A DNA stretch of 64,000 nucleotides from Eledone cirrhosa (taxonomy: Eukaryota), in the NCBI GenBank assembly GCA_964016885.1, contig OZ024756.1, forward strand, positions 18,538,001-18,602,000, written 5' to 3'. Position 1 is the stretch's first letter. Each line of letters starts with the position of its first letter. The notes under the pieces are model-generated. The model was not told the origin of the DNA, ran no database searches, and saw nothing but the letters and a program-made list of their open reading frames with translations. The translations under genes and the position numbers were made by a program. This document shows, piece by piece, positions 1-17,373 of this stretch.

Positions 1-198
1 GAGAGAGAAGTGAGAGAGAGGGGAGAACGAGAGAGGGGTGAGAGCAGGGAAAGAGATAGAGAGAAGTGAGAGAGGGGTGAGCGAGAGAGGGGTGAGAGCA
101 GGGAAAGAGAGAGAGGAGATAGAGCGAGAGAAGGGTGAGAAAGAGAAGGTGAGAGAAGGGAGAGAGAGATGGAAAGAGAGAGAAAAGGGTGAGAGCAT

Positions 199-240
<42 letters not shown>

Positions 241-388
241 ATAAAGAAAGAGAAGGGTGAGAGAAAGAGAGAGTGGGGAGATAGAGAAGGGTGAGAGAGG
301 GCAGGGAATGGGAGAGATAGAGGGAGAGATAGAAAGAGGTAGAGGGAGTGGGAGAGAGATATGGGTGACAGAGGGCAAAGAGTGGAAG

Positions 389-442
<54 letters not shown>

Positions 443-2110
443 AAGATATATATATATATATAGAGAGAGAGAGAGGTGTATGTGTGTTTGGGTAAAATTA
501 CATAACTCATTAAAAAAAGGATGGAACAGTTGTTATATGTAAGTCTGTCTGTAAGTACATGTGTGTGTATATATATGTATGTGTGTGTATATATGTGTAT
601 GTGTGTATATATATGTATGTGTGTGTGTATATATGTATGTGTGTGTATGTATATGTGTGTATGTGTGTGTATATATGTATGTGTGTGTATATATGTGTGT
701 GTATATATGTATGTGTGTGTATGTATATGTGTGTGTATGTGTGTGTATATATGTATATGTGTGTGTGTATATATGTATGTGTATCTATATGTGTGTGTAT
801 ATATGTATGTGTGTGTCTATATTTATGTGTGTGTGTATATATATGTATGTGTGTGTATATGTATGTGTGTATATATATGTATGTGTGTGTATATGTGTAT
901 GTGTGTATATATATGTATGTGTGTGTATATATATATGTGTGTATGTGTGTATATATATGTATGTGTGTGTATATATGTATATGTGTGTGTGTATATATGT
1001 ATGTGTGTATCTATGTGTGTATATATGTATATGTGTGTGTGTATATATGTATGTGTGTATCTATATGTGTGTGTATATATGTATGTGTGTGTATGTATAT
1101 GTGTGTGTATGTGTGTGTATATATGTATATGTGTGTGTGTATATATGTATGTGTATCTATATGTGTGTGTATATATGTATGTGTGTGTCTATATTTATGT
1201 GTGTGTGTATATATATGTATGTGTGTGTATATGTGTATGTGTGTATATATATGTATGTGTGTGTATATATATATGTGTGTATGTGTGTATATATATGTAT
1301 GTGTGTGTATATATGTATATGTGTGTGTGTATATATGTATGTGTGTATCTATGTGTGTATATATGTATATGTGTGTGTGTATATATGTATGTGTGTATCT
1401 ATATGTGTGTGTATATATGTATGTGTGTGTATGTATATGTGTGTGTATGTGTGTGTATATATGTATATGTGTGTGTGTATATATGTATGTGTATCTATAT
1501 GTGTGTGTATATATGTATGTGTGTGTCTATATTTATGTGTGTGTGTATATATATATATATGTATGTGTGTGTATATGTGTATGTGTGTATATATATGTAT
1601 GTGTGTGTATATATATATGTGTGTATGTGTGTATATATATGTATGTGTGTGTATATATGTATATGTGTGTGTGTATATATGTATGTGTGTGTATGTATAT
1701 GTGTGTGTGTATGTGTGTGTATATATGTATATGTGTTTGTGTTTATGTGTGTGTGTATATATGTATGTGTGTATCTATGTGTGTGTGTATATATGTATGT
1801 GTGTGTCTATATCTATGTGTGTGTGTGTGTATATGTATGTGTGTGTGTGTGTGATATATGTGTGTGTGTCTATATCTATGTGTGTGTGTGTGTGTGTGTG
1901 TATATGTATGTGTGTGTGTGTGATATATAAATGAGGTTAAAACAAGCTGTGAAAGATGAAAGAAAACAATAGACAAAACATCAAACATAAGGAGAGAGGG
2001 AGAGGGTTGAGGAGAGGGAGAGGGTTGAGGAGAGGGAGAGGAGAGAGAGGGCGAGGGGGAGAGGGGTGGTGGAGAGAGAGGCAGACAAGGGGAGAGAGGG
2101 AGAGAAGGGG
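1..2110. repeat. GA-rich and compound (TG/TA) microsatellite tract
   Basis: Seen directly: (GA)n 1-475, (TGTA/TG)n 560-1928, GA-rich 1990-2110. It accounts for the V/Y/C/M/I ORFs. Confidence 0.95.
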
Positions 2111-2528
2111 GAAGAGGCTAAGAATGAAATTGTGTTTGTGTATGTGTGATGATGGGACTGTATGTATGTGTATGTATTTGTGTGTATGTGTATGTATTTG
2201 TGTGTATGTGTACATGTTTGTGCATGTTTGTCTGTGTGAAATGCTGGGATTGTTTGTGTGGTTGTGTATATATGCATATATATATATATGTGTGTGTATG
2301 TAGATATGTATACGTACGTACGTACGTACGTACGTATGTACCTATGTATGTATGTGTGTGTGTGTATGAATGTATGTATGTATGTGTGTATGTATGTGTG
2401 TGTGTGTGTGTATGATTGTATGTATGTACGTGTGTATGTTCTTCTGGTTTTATAATTTCACAAATTTTGTATGTATGTATGTACCTATGTATGTGTGTGT
2501 ATGTATGTATGTATGTATATATATATGT

Positions 2529-2936
2529 GAGAGATGACCCCTTAGCCTTTGTCAAGGCAGAATTCTAGGAGAAGGAAAACTCTGATATAACACCTGCAAC
2601 CCTGATGGTATCCAATGATGTTGACTTGTTCTTCTTTTTGGTAAATATCATCTTGGTTAAGAGAGTGGGACTGGCTTTGTGCAGTGCCTTTGCTCACTAT
2701 AAAAGCTTCACGGCACAGGCATTGCTTTATATCTGGAGATCTCTATGCACTTGTCGTCACATGGTACCATGGGCCCAACACTATGTGTCAATAATTGTCA
2801 CAAGTGTAGTGTTTGTACTAGAGTTTTCAAGTCGCTGGCTGGACTAAAAAGTCACACTCGTTCAGCGCATCGGTAGGGGTTCTCCTACATGGATATAAAG
2901 TAGTGGCCGTACTCGAAAACGAGTTGGCAGCCACCA
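2529..2936 (+). mobile_element. Non-autonomous bipartite RTE-derived element (5' UTR fused to ORF/3' end), 5'-truncated copy
   Basis: Near-identical copies at 23161-23750 and 48471-49058. Carries the RTE 5'UTR-like motif CTAGGAGAAGGAAAACTCTG. 2799-2876 translates [25 protein letters not shown] (C2H2 finger, as at RTE ORF C-termini). Terminal hairpin CTCG-AAAA-CGAG, then a microsatellite. Confidence 0.75.
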
Positions 2937-2957
2937 TATATATATGTATACATATAT

Positions 2958-3580
2958 CGGGTTACTCTTGAGTGCTACTGGTAATATGTAACCCAGTACA
3001 ACCTATTGCTTGGTCGGGTCGTCGGCGACTAAACCGGCAACCCCACCAAGTTTACTTGGAGAGGAGGGTGATTTTGGACACCCTGCAGGACAAAAAACAA
3101 AACCTGACAAAGGGCGGAAAAACTCATAAGAGTCAACGGCCATCCAAAAGTGTGTAAATATGTATATACACATGTACATATGTATGTATATGTATATGTG
3201 TATATACATGGGTGCATGTGTTTTTATATGCGCGGGGACATAGAAATAGTCGGCTGGACACCTGATCGCGCGGTTAAACCACTGAGAGTGAAGGACCCCT
3301 AGCCTTTGTCAGGGCATTCTTCTAGGAGAAGGTATCTCAGGAAACTGGGATAACTCCGATATAAAACCTGCGGCTCAGTACTTACCGATGATGTTGATCT
3401 TTTCTTCTTTTCGGGTTATAGCTACTGTCGCTCAGAGAGTGGGATTGGCTCAGTGCACAGTCTTTCCCCACTTTAAAAAATATCTTCACGTACAGGCATT
3501 GCACGATAGAACTAATTAATAATTATTAATAATGGTATATCGTGCAATGGCCATACTCGACAACGAGGGGGCAGCCATCA
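2958..3580 (+). mobile_element. Second, diverged subfamily of bipartite RTE-derived element
   Basis: Aligns by eye to the 5' part of 23161-23750. Same CTAGGAGAAGG motif and terminal TGGCCATACTCG-ACAA-CGAG...GCAGCCA, but lacks the zinc-finger segment. Confidence 0.7.
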
Positions 3581-3716
3581 TGTAAGTATGTATGTGTGTG
3601 TGTATGTATGTACCTATGTGTGTATGTATGTATGTATGTAAGTATGTATGGTGTATGTATGTATGTACCTATGTTTGTGTGTGTGTGTGTGTGGGTATGT
3701 AAGTATGTATGTATAC

Positions 3717-3748
<32 letters not shown>

Positions 3749-4063
3749 ACATATATATATATATTATGTATGTATGTATGTATGTATGTACGTACCAATG
3801 TATGCATGTGTGTGTGTATGTGTGTATGTATGTATGTAAGTATGTATGTGTGTATGTATGTGGTTGAGGATTGGTCAATGTCGTTTTCTTTTCAATTGTA
3901 TTTCCGACCTCCATGTTAATTGTAGGATTGTTCCGGAACCGGAAGTGAGCCTCTTGAAGACAAAGAATGAGTGTGGTGTGGCACATAACACCCGAACATA
4001 CGCAGCACTCTTCTTAGCTTTGTTTATTGTATTCATCTTCACTTATTTCTGATATCTGTGGCT

Positions 4064-4216
4064 AGTGTGTGTATGTGTGTTTGTGCGTGTGCGTGTGTGT
4101 GTGTGTGTGTGATGGTGCCTGTTTGTGTGTGTGTGTGTGTGTGATGGTGCGTGTTTGTGTGTGTGTGTGTGTGTGTGATGGTGCCTGTTTGTGTGTGTGT
4201 GTGTGTGTGTGTGATG

Positions 4217-4270
<54 letters not shown>

Positions 4271-4492
4271 TGGTGCCTGTTTGTGTGTGTGTGTGTGTGT
4301 GTGATGGTGCGTGTTTGTGTGTGTGTGTGTGTGATGGTGCCTGTTTGTGTGTGCGTGTGTGTGTGTGTGTGTGATGGTGCGTGTTTGTGTGTGTGTGTGT
4401 GTGATGGTGCCTGTTTGTGTGTGTGTGTGTGTGTGTGATGGTGCGTGTGTGTGTGTGTGTGTGTGTGTGATGGTGCGTGTTTGTGTGTGTAT
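4064..4492. repeat. (TG)n-GATGGTGC minisatellite
   Basis: Repeated GATGGTGC(C/G)TGTT(TG)n units. Confidence 0.9.
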
Positions 4493-4763
4493 GTGGGAGT
4501 GAGGATTCTCTACGTCTGAGTGTCTTTGTCCCGTGAAGTAGTGGTTCCACAAAAAAAGAGATGGATAAAAAAAAAATATATATATATTGCCCCAGCATGG
4601 CCTCAACCGGATGGCTGGAACAGGTAAAAGAGTAAAAGAGTACGGTATGTACTTATTTTAACCATCTCTTATTTTTCCTTGCTTACAAGTCTGGAAGTAG
4701 CTGTTGAAATGGCAAGAGCTCAGCTGTTGGGCTTCCGAGTCTTTATTATATAACTATATATAA

Positions 4764-4955
4764 AGGGTGGTGGATTGGCAGTATCGGTAGAGGGTCGGAC
4801 GACATGCTTTGCAGCAAAGAGTTACGGCCCTTTACGATCTGAGTTCAAATCCCGCCGAGGTTGACTTTGCCTTTCATCCTTACGGGGTCGATAAAATAAA
4901 GTACCAGTAATACACTGAGTGATTGCTGGCCTTGTGCCAAAAGTAGAAAAAATTA
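4764..4955 (+). mobile_element. tRNA-derived SINE with GCCTTTCATCCTT..GGGGTCGATAAAATAA.GTACCAG central domain
   Basis: A-box TGGCAGTATCGG and B-box GAGTTCAAATCC. Other full or partial copies at about 7972-8190(+), 24500-24592(-), 28938-29120(+), 33535-33725(-), 34086-34215(+), 34385-34490(+) and 35635-35725(-). Confidence 0.85.
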
Positions 4956-5162
4956 TTGAGATAATAGTATATGTATTTAGCAAAACAGAGCATGGTAAGC
5001 AATAATAACTTTAAAGGCAAACGGAATTTTACTTACATTATAATTAGTGAAACTAGTCATTATAACTGGATTTTCTAATTATAATAATTAGATTTACTAG
5101 TTATAATGTAAATGAAATTCCAGTTTTGCTTTTAAATGTATTTTTGCTTACTCTGCTTTGTT

Positions 5163-5202
<40 letters not shown>

Positions 5203-5253
5203 TCAGCATGGCCTCAGCTTGTCGACTGGAACACGTAATAGTGTAATAGAGAA

Positions 5254-5293
<40 letters not shown>

Positions 5294-5340
5294 TGTATGT
5301 ATGTATGTATGTATGTATGCATGTATATATGTATATACAT

Positions 5341-5371
<31 letters not shown>

Positions 5372-5559
5372 TATGTATATATATATATACACAGTTACAT
5401 ACATATACATGTATATAGAAGCAAAATAAATAATGAAAGAGTTACAAGAGTTATAAATAATGAAAGGTTAAAAACATATTTTTATAAAGCTCTTACACAT
5501 GTTTCGCACCTCTTTATACCTCCTCTTTCTATCCTCTTTTACGATACTGTAACTTTTTA

Positions 5560-5597
<38 letters not shown>

Positions 5598-5599
<2 letters not shown>

Positions 5600-7130
5600 C
5601 ATCATCATCATTTTACGTCCGCTTTTCCCTGCTTGCAAGGGTGGGACGGGTCCTATTCAGCACAGCATCTCTCCACTTGTCACGGTCCTTCGTCATCTCC
5701 ACCGTGAGCTTCAGCGATCTGAGGTCTGCTCTCACCACCTCCGCCCATGTTTCATGGTCTTCCCCTACCGCATCTTCCTTCTGGGATTTCTTGGCACTTC
5801 TTTACCCACCGGTCATCCTCTATGCGCATCACATGTCCATACCATCGCAGGCTTCTCTCCCGCACACTACAACTTATCCCTCTTATACAGTTTCTCTGTC
5901 AACTCATCCATGTTTCGTCGTTCAAGCACTTTGACATTGCACATCCAACGAAGCATGCTTGCTTCACTTCTCTCCAGTCGTCGCATATCCTCTGCAGTTG
6001 CTGCCCATGTCTCACTACCATGCAGCATTGCGCATCTCACACAGGCATCATACAACCAACCTTTCGTACGCAGGGAGAAACCCTTCTTTGTCAACAGAGG
6101 AAACAGCTCCCTAAACTTCTTCCAACCCGTCCTTATTCTAGATACTATGGCCTCGGAACACCCCCCTTCCATGCTAATCTGATCACCTAGGTACCGGAAG
6201 CTATCAACCATTTCTATAGAACCCACCTGCATTTGAAAAATGTGTCTATCACTGCGAATTCTACTGTCAAATTTCCCTGTACATCTACTGCATACATAGT
6301 TTTCCCTACCTGTTAGTTTGCCTGCTATCCCACTACATCTCTTGTCTACCGAAGATCTTCATTGTGTACATTTTATAGAATTGATACCAGTTCCTTTTCT
6401 ACATATCGAACATGGCCATTTCCCTGATGGAATCAGAGTTTTGTCCTCTTTTCTACTTATCAACACTTTTGTCTTAGCTAGGTTTACTCTCAGTCCTCTT
6501 GCTTCCAACTGCTGTTTCCATAGCCAGAATTTATTCTCTAGCTCCTCTACTGATTCTGCTATAAGAACCAGATCATCAGCATAGAGAAGTTCTCATGGGC
6601 AGCCAGTCTTAAACTCCCCTGTTATGGCTTGAAGGACTGTAATGAACAAGAGCGGGCTGAGGACCGAACCGTGATGTACTCCTACTTGTATCTGGAATCC
6701 CTCACTAAACTCCATTCCTACTCCCACTTTACTGACAGCTCCTCTCTACATAGCTTGCACTGTCCTCACAAGCCATTCCTCTACACCTAGTTTCCTTAGG
6801 GACCACCAGATGACAGATCGGAGGGCCCTATCAAAAGCCTTCTCTCGGTCAACAAAAGCTAAGTATAGTGGCTTATTCTTCTCTAAGAACCTCTCTTGTA
6901 GTTGTCTCACTAAGAAGAGGGCATCTGTTGTACTTTTCCCAGGTACAAAACCAAACTGAATCTCATCTAATTTGACCCTTTCTCTAATTAGTTGCGCTAG
7001 TATTCTTTCTGCGACTTTCATAACCTGATCTATCAGTTTTATGCCCCTATAATTGCTCCTCTCCAGAACATCCCCTTTACCTTTGTAGCAATTTATGAGA
7101 ATACTGCTGCACCAGTCTTTGGGTATGTAC
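5598..7130 (-). mobile_element. 5'-truncated, decayed RTE-clade LINE (reverse transcriptase to 3' tail)
   Basis: Motifs YKGKGD..NYRGIKL, QFGFVPGKSTTDA, FVDREKAFD, GVHHGSVLSPLLF, LLYADD, FRYLGD and LHGSETW. Cys-rich insert (WPCSICRKG). Stops and frameshifts present. (ATG)n 3' tail at about 5598-5612. Confidence 0.92.
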
Positions 7131-7242
7131 ACTGCCATATATAGCTTGATTGATGATGCGTGCAACCAGTTTATTGCCATATATACAAGCAAAGAAAATC
7201 TGATTTGTTTACAACGTCAAATATTCAATACTCAAAATTTAA

Positions 7243-7413
7243 TCATGTGAGCGAAATTTGGTAGACGGAAACCAAATTTCGCTCACATGACACTGACTGA
7301 TCACTCAGAAGTTGTAGTAGATGACATTTGCTAAAGGTTCCCCGCATTGAGACTGAACACAGAACCTCGTGGTTGCCAAGGGAACGCATTAAATATACAC
7401 CACTACCTGAGCC
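7243..7413 (-). mobile_element. Decayed tRNA-derived SINE (family ending GTGAG..ATTTGGTAGACGGAAAC) with local hairpin
   Basis: Reverse complement resembles 9836-10192. Inverted repeat TCATGTGAGCGAAATTTGG / CCAAATTTCGCTCACATGA at 7243-7290. Confidence 0.55.
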
Positions 7414-7546
7414 TATATTATATAATCATCAGGAATATGAGACGTACTGGTGCCAACAAAATCTTTGTTTATTTATAAAGTTGAGTAACCGATAAGTTTT
7501 TCTGGGATGATAAATCGAATTGAGATAACAAAGGCTTGTAGTTTAC

Positions 7547-7830
7547 TAGCTTATCTATCGAATCTACGCCATATTATTTCTACCCTTGACTGATTACGTC
7601 CTAATAAATGATTTTAACTGGGGTATTTTGAAGGATTGAAGTTTGATAGCTTATTTGTCGAATCTACGCCATATTATTTCTACCCTTGACTGATTACATT
7701 CTCGTAAATGATTTTAAGTGGGATATATTGAAGGATTGAAGTTCGATAGCTTATCTATCGAATCTACGCCGTATTATTTCACCCTTGACTGATTATATGT
7801 CTTAATAGATGATTTTAACTGGGATATATC
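7547..7830. repeat. 100-bp tandem repeat, about 2.8 copies
   Basis: TAGCTTAT(C/T)T(A/G)TCGAATCTACGCC starts at 7547, 7647 and 7747. Confidence 0.9.
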
Positions 7831-8849
7831 TAAAATGTAATCTATATTTATTATTTCTTTTTATAGACGTCTGAACTTTTTTTTAGCTAATTTATCTGTT
7901 TTCTTGTTTCCCACAATATCTATATGACCTTGTGCCCCTAAATCATTGTTATTTGTTTATTATTTTCACAAATAGATTGACAGAATCGTTATTTCGTCGG
8001 ACGAATTGCCATTGAAGTATTTTATTACGAGCCTTTATACATTCTGGTTTCAAATCTCACCGATGTTAACTTTGCCTTTCATCTTTCCGAAGTCTATAAA
8101 ATAAAATAGCAGTCATCTACAGGGGTCGATTTAAACGACTTCTACATCCCACCGGCGCCCAAATTGCTGGCCTTGTACCTTAAGTTACTATTTTGGTAAT
8201 GAAATATAGTAAATCCATCATCATTTCTTCATTACTTAATTGAAGTAGAGTGCATTTCATTAGAAATACGTTCACGAAAGGGTTAAACTCTCGTGTTACA
8301 TAGAAAACTTATGCGAGTTCATACGAGACTTAAGCATTCGTGGGTACGACAAGATAAAAAGAAAGAGAAAGCTAACGGTGCTATTTTTGTTCCTCCTTTA
8401 TAAAGATTAGATCTATAGACAATGCACGATATATTATTGAACTCAGTAAGTTCTAAACAAGAGAGAGAGAGTGCTCTCTTTAAGTTGATTGGCAGGGCTA
8501 TTATTGGACAGTCATAGTAAACATTACAATTATTCTCTTTCATCTGACAGTAATCTCTGCCCTCAGTTCCTTTATTCTTTATTCAAATCGAGACGAATTG
8601 ATCAAAATGAAGATTCAATAGCCAAGAATATTTAGTATTAGTGGGATCGAAAATGACAGAAAACCGTTTTGAACCAATCAATGGTGATTATGTTGTCAAG
8701 AATTGTTTTACAACAATAGCAACCTTAAATTTCAAGAGGGTGTTGTAGGCATATCAATGTCATTTAGAAAATTGATTCAATATCCCATGAACCATGGATA
8801 ATGACCGAAAGAATACGATCGCGTGTACAATTGGTCGAAATGGAGTTAC

Positions 8850-9130
8850 CTCAGGGTTTTTGGAGTAACGTTACTCGATAGAGTGTGTAGTTCGGAGATC
8901 AGAGAGTCGCTGTAGGTAGAACCGCTACTTCTCCGAATTGAGAGATCACAGCTCCGATACTATGGACATGTGGTTAGAATATCTCAGGAAAGAACCGCTG
9001 GACAGATTTTACGGGCAAAACCAACTGGCAGGAGTTCCAGAGGTAGACCCCGAGCAAGACCCAAGAAGAAGATTCGATACCCACTGGGTCTTTGTTTCGA
9101 TCGCACACCATGCTATTTTCGAAAAATATC
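8850..9130 (+). mobile_element. RTE-clade LINE C-terminal fragment
   Basis: Translates GVTLLDRVCSSEIRESL*VEPLLLRIERSQLRYYGHVVRISQER...KPTGRSSRGRPRAR, typical of RTE (Expander/Rex3-like) ORF ends. Confidence 0.8.
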
Positions 9131-9424
9131 CTCTAAAGAAGCTTGCTTCAATAGTTGGTAGTGAAATTGAGTTTCTGATTTCTTTTTTAGTTAATATAGT
9201 AAAGAAATTTTAGTTAATATAGTAAAGAAATTTTAAAGAGAAGAAAACAAGGAAATGAAAAGAAGAAAAAAAGAATGAAGGAAAGAAAGAAAGAGAGAGA
9301 GGGCGAGGTAGCAACAGACCCTACACACCAGTCTGAGTGGTGCCTCAACCACGCTCTGTGGACAAAATGGCAAAGGCATTACTGCGGAGAATGTCCAGAG
9401 ACACCCGCCGCAACAGCCATCCCA

Positions 9425-9708
9425 CAGGGTTGCATTTAGACCTTTGGGGGCCCGAGACACTTCATGTTTGGAGGGCCCCTCATACACAAAAATTAGAATA
9501 CCCAGCAAGCCCCCTCAATTTTACATATCAAAGTTAGCTTGGCGCAAGTAATTGGAATTGAAAAGTTATACATACAGGTATTACATTCAAAAATTCTAAC
9601 CATCCTAAAGCTAAAAAGCCCAGATGACGGCACAAATAAATTGCTACGGCCGTTGCTGCAGGGGGCCCGGGGCAATTGCCTCGTTTGCCCTCATTAAATT
9701 CGGCCCTG
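9425..9708. mobile_element. hAT-type MITE (CAGGG...CCCTG termini, internal GGGGCCC motifs)
   Basis: Left end CAGGGTTGCATTTA, right end TAAATTCGGCCCTG, subterminal GGGGGCCC. No clear TSD. A similar weaker element lies at about 10347-10491. Confidence 0.6.
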
Positions 9709-9835
9709 CTTCTCAAACGGGACACTGCCTCTCCGATTTTCGAAGCTTCCGATTGTGATGGATCTACTCGTTCTAAATGTTAGGCTTAGATGTTTGGACA
9801 AACCCTTGTCTCTAAAACTAGTTTATGGTTCAATC

Positions 9836-10192
9836 GAAGCAGCATGATTGTATGGTCAAGAAGTTCTCTTCGCCGACATTAAGTTTCAGGTTCGATCCCA
9901 CTGCGTGACATCTTGGTCATTTGAAGCTTACAGTAGTGAGTAAAGCTACATAAGTTTGTGATGTTTACAGTAATCTTGGATAAATCAGAGTCTTGTGAGT
10001 AAAGCTACATAGGTACCCAGTCATGTGAGTGAATCTATATAGAAGTGTTATGTTTACAGTAGTCTTGGATACATCAGAGTCTTGTGAGTAAAGCTACATA
10101 GGTATGTGACATAGACAAGTCTTGTGAGTGAAGCTACATAGGTATGTGACATAGACAAGTCTTGTGAGTGAAGCTACGTAGACGGAAACTGT
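9836..10192 (+). mobile_element. tRNA-derived SINE with tandemly amplified 3' segment
   Basis: A-box-like TGATTGTATGG, B-box GGTTCGATCCC, repeated GTGAGT(A/G)AAGCTACATA units, ending GTAGACGGAAACTG. Confidence 0.65.
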
Positions 10193-10729
10193 TTAGATGA
10201 AACGTACCTGTAATTTAAACAGTCAATTTATTGATCGCTTTTTGTCGAACTACTAAGTTAAGCGATATAAGTACAGGCACAAATGTAAACAAGAACACAG
10301 GCATATGTAAAATAAACTCGTTCATACACACACTCCCACATACATACAGGGTCATATTAAGACTTTCCGAGGTCCCAGTGCAATTCAGGTTCGCGGGGTG
10401 AAGGACAGTTCATGTTTTTTTTTTTAGTTTTGACAAGGGATACTCAGGGCATTCGCCCCGCTCCGCGCTCCGATCCGATAATCCGGCCTTTCACACACAC
10501 ACACACACACACAAACGCACACACGCACCACTCATACACACACACACACATAAACGCACACACGCACCACGCACACACACACACGCGCGCAATACACACA
10601 CACATATATATTTAGCGAGAGAGTGGGCTCCATTCTAGGTCTACATATATAGTTTGGCTAACGTGGTCTACGTGTTGGACTGCAATACGTCATCAAATTA
10701 AAAATAGTTGCAGCTGCTCGAAGACGATA

Positions 10730-11580
10730 GCAGCAGCAGCAGCAGCAGCACGAAGACGGTCGTAGCAATGGCAGCAGCTGCTCGAAGACGGCAGGGCCTC
10801 AGCAGCTACTGCTGTTGTTGCAACAATATCAGCAATATCAACAACTGCTGCTACCATTGCTGTTGCAATCATTGGAATAGCTGCACTGACAGCAGCAGCA
10901 GCAACACAGCAGCAGCAACAACAGTAGCTACTGTGGGTGTTGTTGTTGTTGGTGGTGGTGGTGGTGGTGGTGCCAGAGACGAATTTTGGTGGTGATGGTA
11001 GTGGTGGTGGTGGTGGTGGTGATGTTGTTGTTGTTGGTGGTGGGGATGGTAGTGGTGGTGGTGATGTTGTTGGAGGTGGTGATGGTAATGGTGGTGGTGA
11101 TGGTGGTGCTGATGATGTTGTTGTTGTTGGTGGTGGTGGTGGTGCCAGAGACGAATTTTGGTGGTGATGGTAGTGGTGGTGGTGGTGGTGGTGGTGGTGG
11201 TGTTGTTGTTGTTGGGGATGGTAGTGGTGGTGGTGATGTTGTTGGAGGTGGTGATGGTAATGGTGGTAGTGATGGTAATGGTGGTGGTGATGTTGTTGGT
11301 GGTGATGTTGGTGATGGTAATGGTGGTGGTGATGGTGGTGGTGATGGTAATGGTGGTGGTGATGGTAATGGTGGTGGTGGTGATGTTGTTGTTGGTGGTG
11401 GTAGTGATGTTGGTAGTGGTGGTGGTGGTGATGGTAATGGTGGAGGTGGTGATGTTGTTGTTGGTGGTGGTGGTGGTGGGGACGACGGTGGAGGTGAAGG
11501 CGATTGTGATGGTGATGTTGTTGGTGGCGGTAGTGGGGACGGTGGGTGGGAGGTGGTAGTGGCCGTGGAGGTGGTGGTGA
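10730..11580. repeat. (CAG)n then (GGT/GAT/GTT)n low-complexity tract
   Basis: Seen directly. Includes a local duplication (GCCAGAGACGAATTTT at about 10972 and 11144). Confidence 0.85.
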
Positions 11581-12449
11581 GAGGGAGAAACAGGAATTAA
11601 AAAGGGTGGGGGAAGGGGAGGAAATTGGGCTAAAGAGGTGTAAAGAGATAGAAAAGGTCGAACGAGACAGGAAGAGGAAGAAAGAGTGGGAAGTGGGGAT
11701 GAGGAGCGGGAGGAGAAGAAGAAGAAGAGGAGAAGAAGATGACGGGAAGAAGAAGAAGAAGAATTAAAGAAGTCTTAAGATGCAATAAATAAATACTTTT
11801 TCTTCTCGGCACAGCTGCAAACACGTTTCTGAACATGTGCAGCTACTGTTGTACATGTACAGCTGTGCAGCTACTATTATGCAACCAGTATTGTGCATTC
11901 ACTGTTGTGCAACCATTATTGTGCATTCAGTGTTATGCAACCAATATTGTGCATTCAGTGTTATGCAACCACTATTGTGCATTCAGCATGCATTTGTGCA
12001 CTTCGTTGCTGCCATGTTACCCAGTGTTGCAATATTCTATTCGGATGCATTTTACTGCAGGATCACGTGACATTCCTCGTGCGTATAACATGCACGCACG
12101 TACGCGTGCGCATTTGACGTGTACGCATGCGTGCACGCACACACACCAACGCATCATACATGTACATAAGTCATACACACACACACACGCACACACACAT
12201 ATATATTACACATGAACGCATATTATACGTTACATATATCCTACACATACACATACATCAAATACACGCACACATCATACATACACTCGTGCACGCACCC
12301 TACACACACTCACTCGTGCACGCACCCTACACACACGCAGGTGTCTTAGACTCACATACAGACATACATACACATCACACACATACATCAGTCATGTATA
12401 CACACACACATGGCATGCACATACACATGCGTACGCAACATGCATACGC

Positions 12450-12935
12450 GCACATCATACACACATCCTACATACACATACACACGCGTACGCATCATAC
12501 ACACACACACATCCTACATACACATACACACGCATACGCATCATACACACACATCCTACATACACATACACACGCATACGCATCATACACACACATCCTA
12601 CATACACATACACACGCATACGCATCATACACACACATCCTACATACACATACACACGCGTACGCATCATACACACACACACATCCTACATACACATACA
12701 CACGCGTACGCATCATACACACACATCCTACATACACATACACACGCGTACGCATCATACACACACATCCTACATACACATACACACGCGTACGCATCAT
12801 ACACACACATCCTACATACACATACACACGCATACGCATCATACACACACATCCTACATACACATACACACGCGTACACATCATACACACACATCCTACA
12901 TACACATACACACGCGTACGCATCATACACACATC
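12450..12935. repeat. ~42-bp CA-rich minisatellite
   Basis: CATCATACACACACATCCTACATACACATACACACGC(G/A)TACG repeated about 11 times. Confidence 0.9.
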
Positions 12936-13101
12936 TTACATACAGTCATCCTACACACACACGCCACATACAGAGACACACACACATACGCACATACAAG
13001 GAAATCGGATCCTTGGCAATGGTTTATGTGTGTGTGTGGGGGGGGGGGGCTTTGGTGATTTTTGTCTGAACGAGAAAGAAAAGGTTTGCTTATAAAAGGT
13101 C

Positions 13102-13218
13102 GAAATGACTTCTACAGAACTAGAACTGTTCCATTCGTATGAAATCACCAGGTATGGCATGTCCATTCCCGATGATTTCATACGAATGAAACAGTTCTAG
13201 TCCTGTAGAAGTCATTTC
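13102..13218. mobile_element. Palindromic Penelope-like terminal fragment (family B) with partial hammerhead motif
   Basis: 46-bp inverted arms (13102-13147, 13173-13218). The right arm reads CCGATGA-T-TTC-ATAC-GAA-T-GAAAC; stem I was not found. Same family at 60921-61032 and 61510-61550. Confidence 0.6.
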
Positions 13219-13339
13219 TATATAATATATGTATATGTACACTCTCGCGCGCACACAGACACACACACACATATGTATGTATGTATGTATGTATATATAT
13301 ATATATATATATATACCTGCGTTTGTTTGCTCTTTTCAA

Positions 13340-16865
<3,526 letters not shown>

Positions 16866-17323
16866 TGGAAAGTTATATTTAAATTGTTGGGTTACAACTA
16901 GTAAATATTTATAACTGATATAAAAGCACTCAACAAGTATTTGGAGTATATTTACGATATTAAATAAATGGAAACTATATTTATAAAACCATATTTATTT
17001 CATTATATATATTTCAGGGATATCATATTAACAATATGTTATGCCTTCCTCAGACAAAATACAATATAGACAGTTTTATAGATAAATAGATTTGACATAC
17101 CGTTCAACATCGACTTTTATTTGAGAAAGTTTGACTGCCAAATCAACTTTCTCAAATACAAGTCGATGTTGAACGGTATGTCAAATCTATTTATCTATAA
17201 AACTGTCTATATTGTATTTTGTCTGAGGAAGGCATAACATATTGTTAATATGATATCCCTGAAATATATATAATGAAATAAATATGGTTTTATAAATATA
17301 GTTTCCATTTATTTAATATCGTA
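16866..17323. mobile_element. Family C head-to-head palindrome with a hammerhead in each arm
   Basis: Arms of about 180 bp (16953-17134, 17142-17323). Hammerheads at 16997-17060(-) and 17216-17279(+) with CTGAGGA core. Flanked by (TA)n. Confidence 0.8.
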
Positions 17324-17326
17324 TAG

Positions 17327-17372
<46 letters not shown>

Positions 17373-17373
<1 letters not shown>

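Noticed and set aside
2605-2847. Repeated 75-80-aa ORF MVSNDVDLFFF.. as a small gene family
   Set aside because: It lies within a dispersed retroelement derivative. The recognisable zinc-finger remnant is in a different frame.
4764-4860. tRNA genes at A/B-box sites
   Set aside because: No cloverleaf. The boxes belong to multi-copy SINE heads.
10708-10995. Poly-Ser/Ala/Cys ORF as a host exon
   Set aside because: (CAG)-rich low complexity with no recognisable domain or convincing splice pair. It could be UTR but is unsupported.
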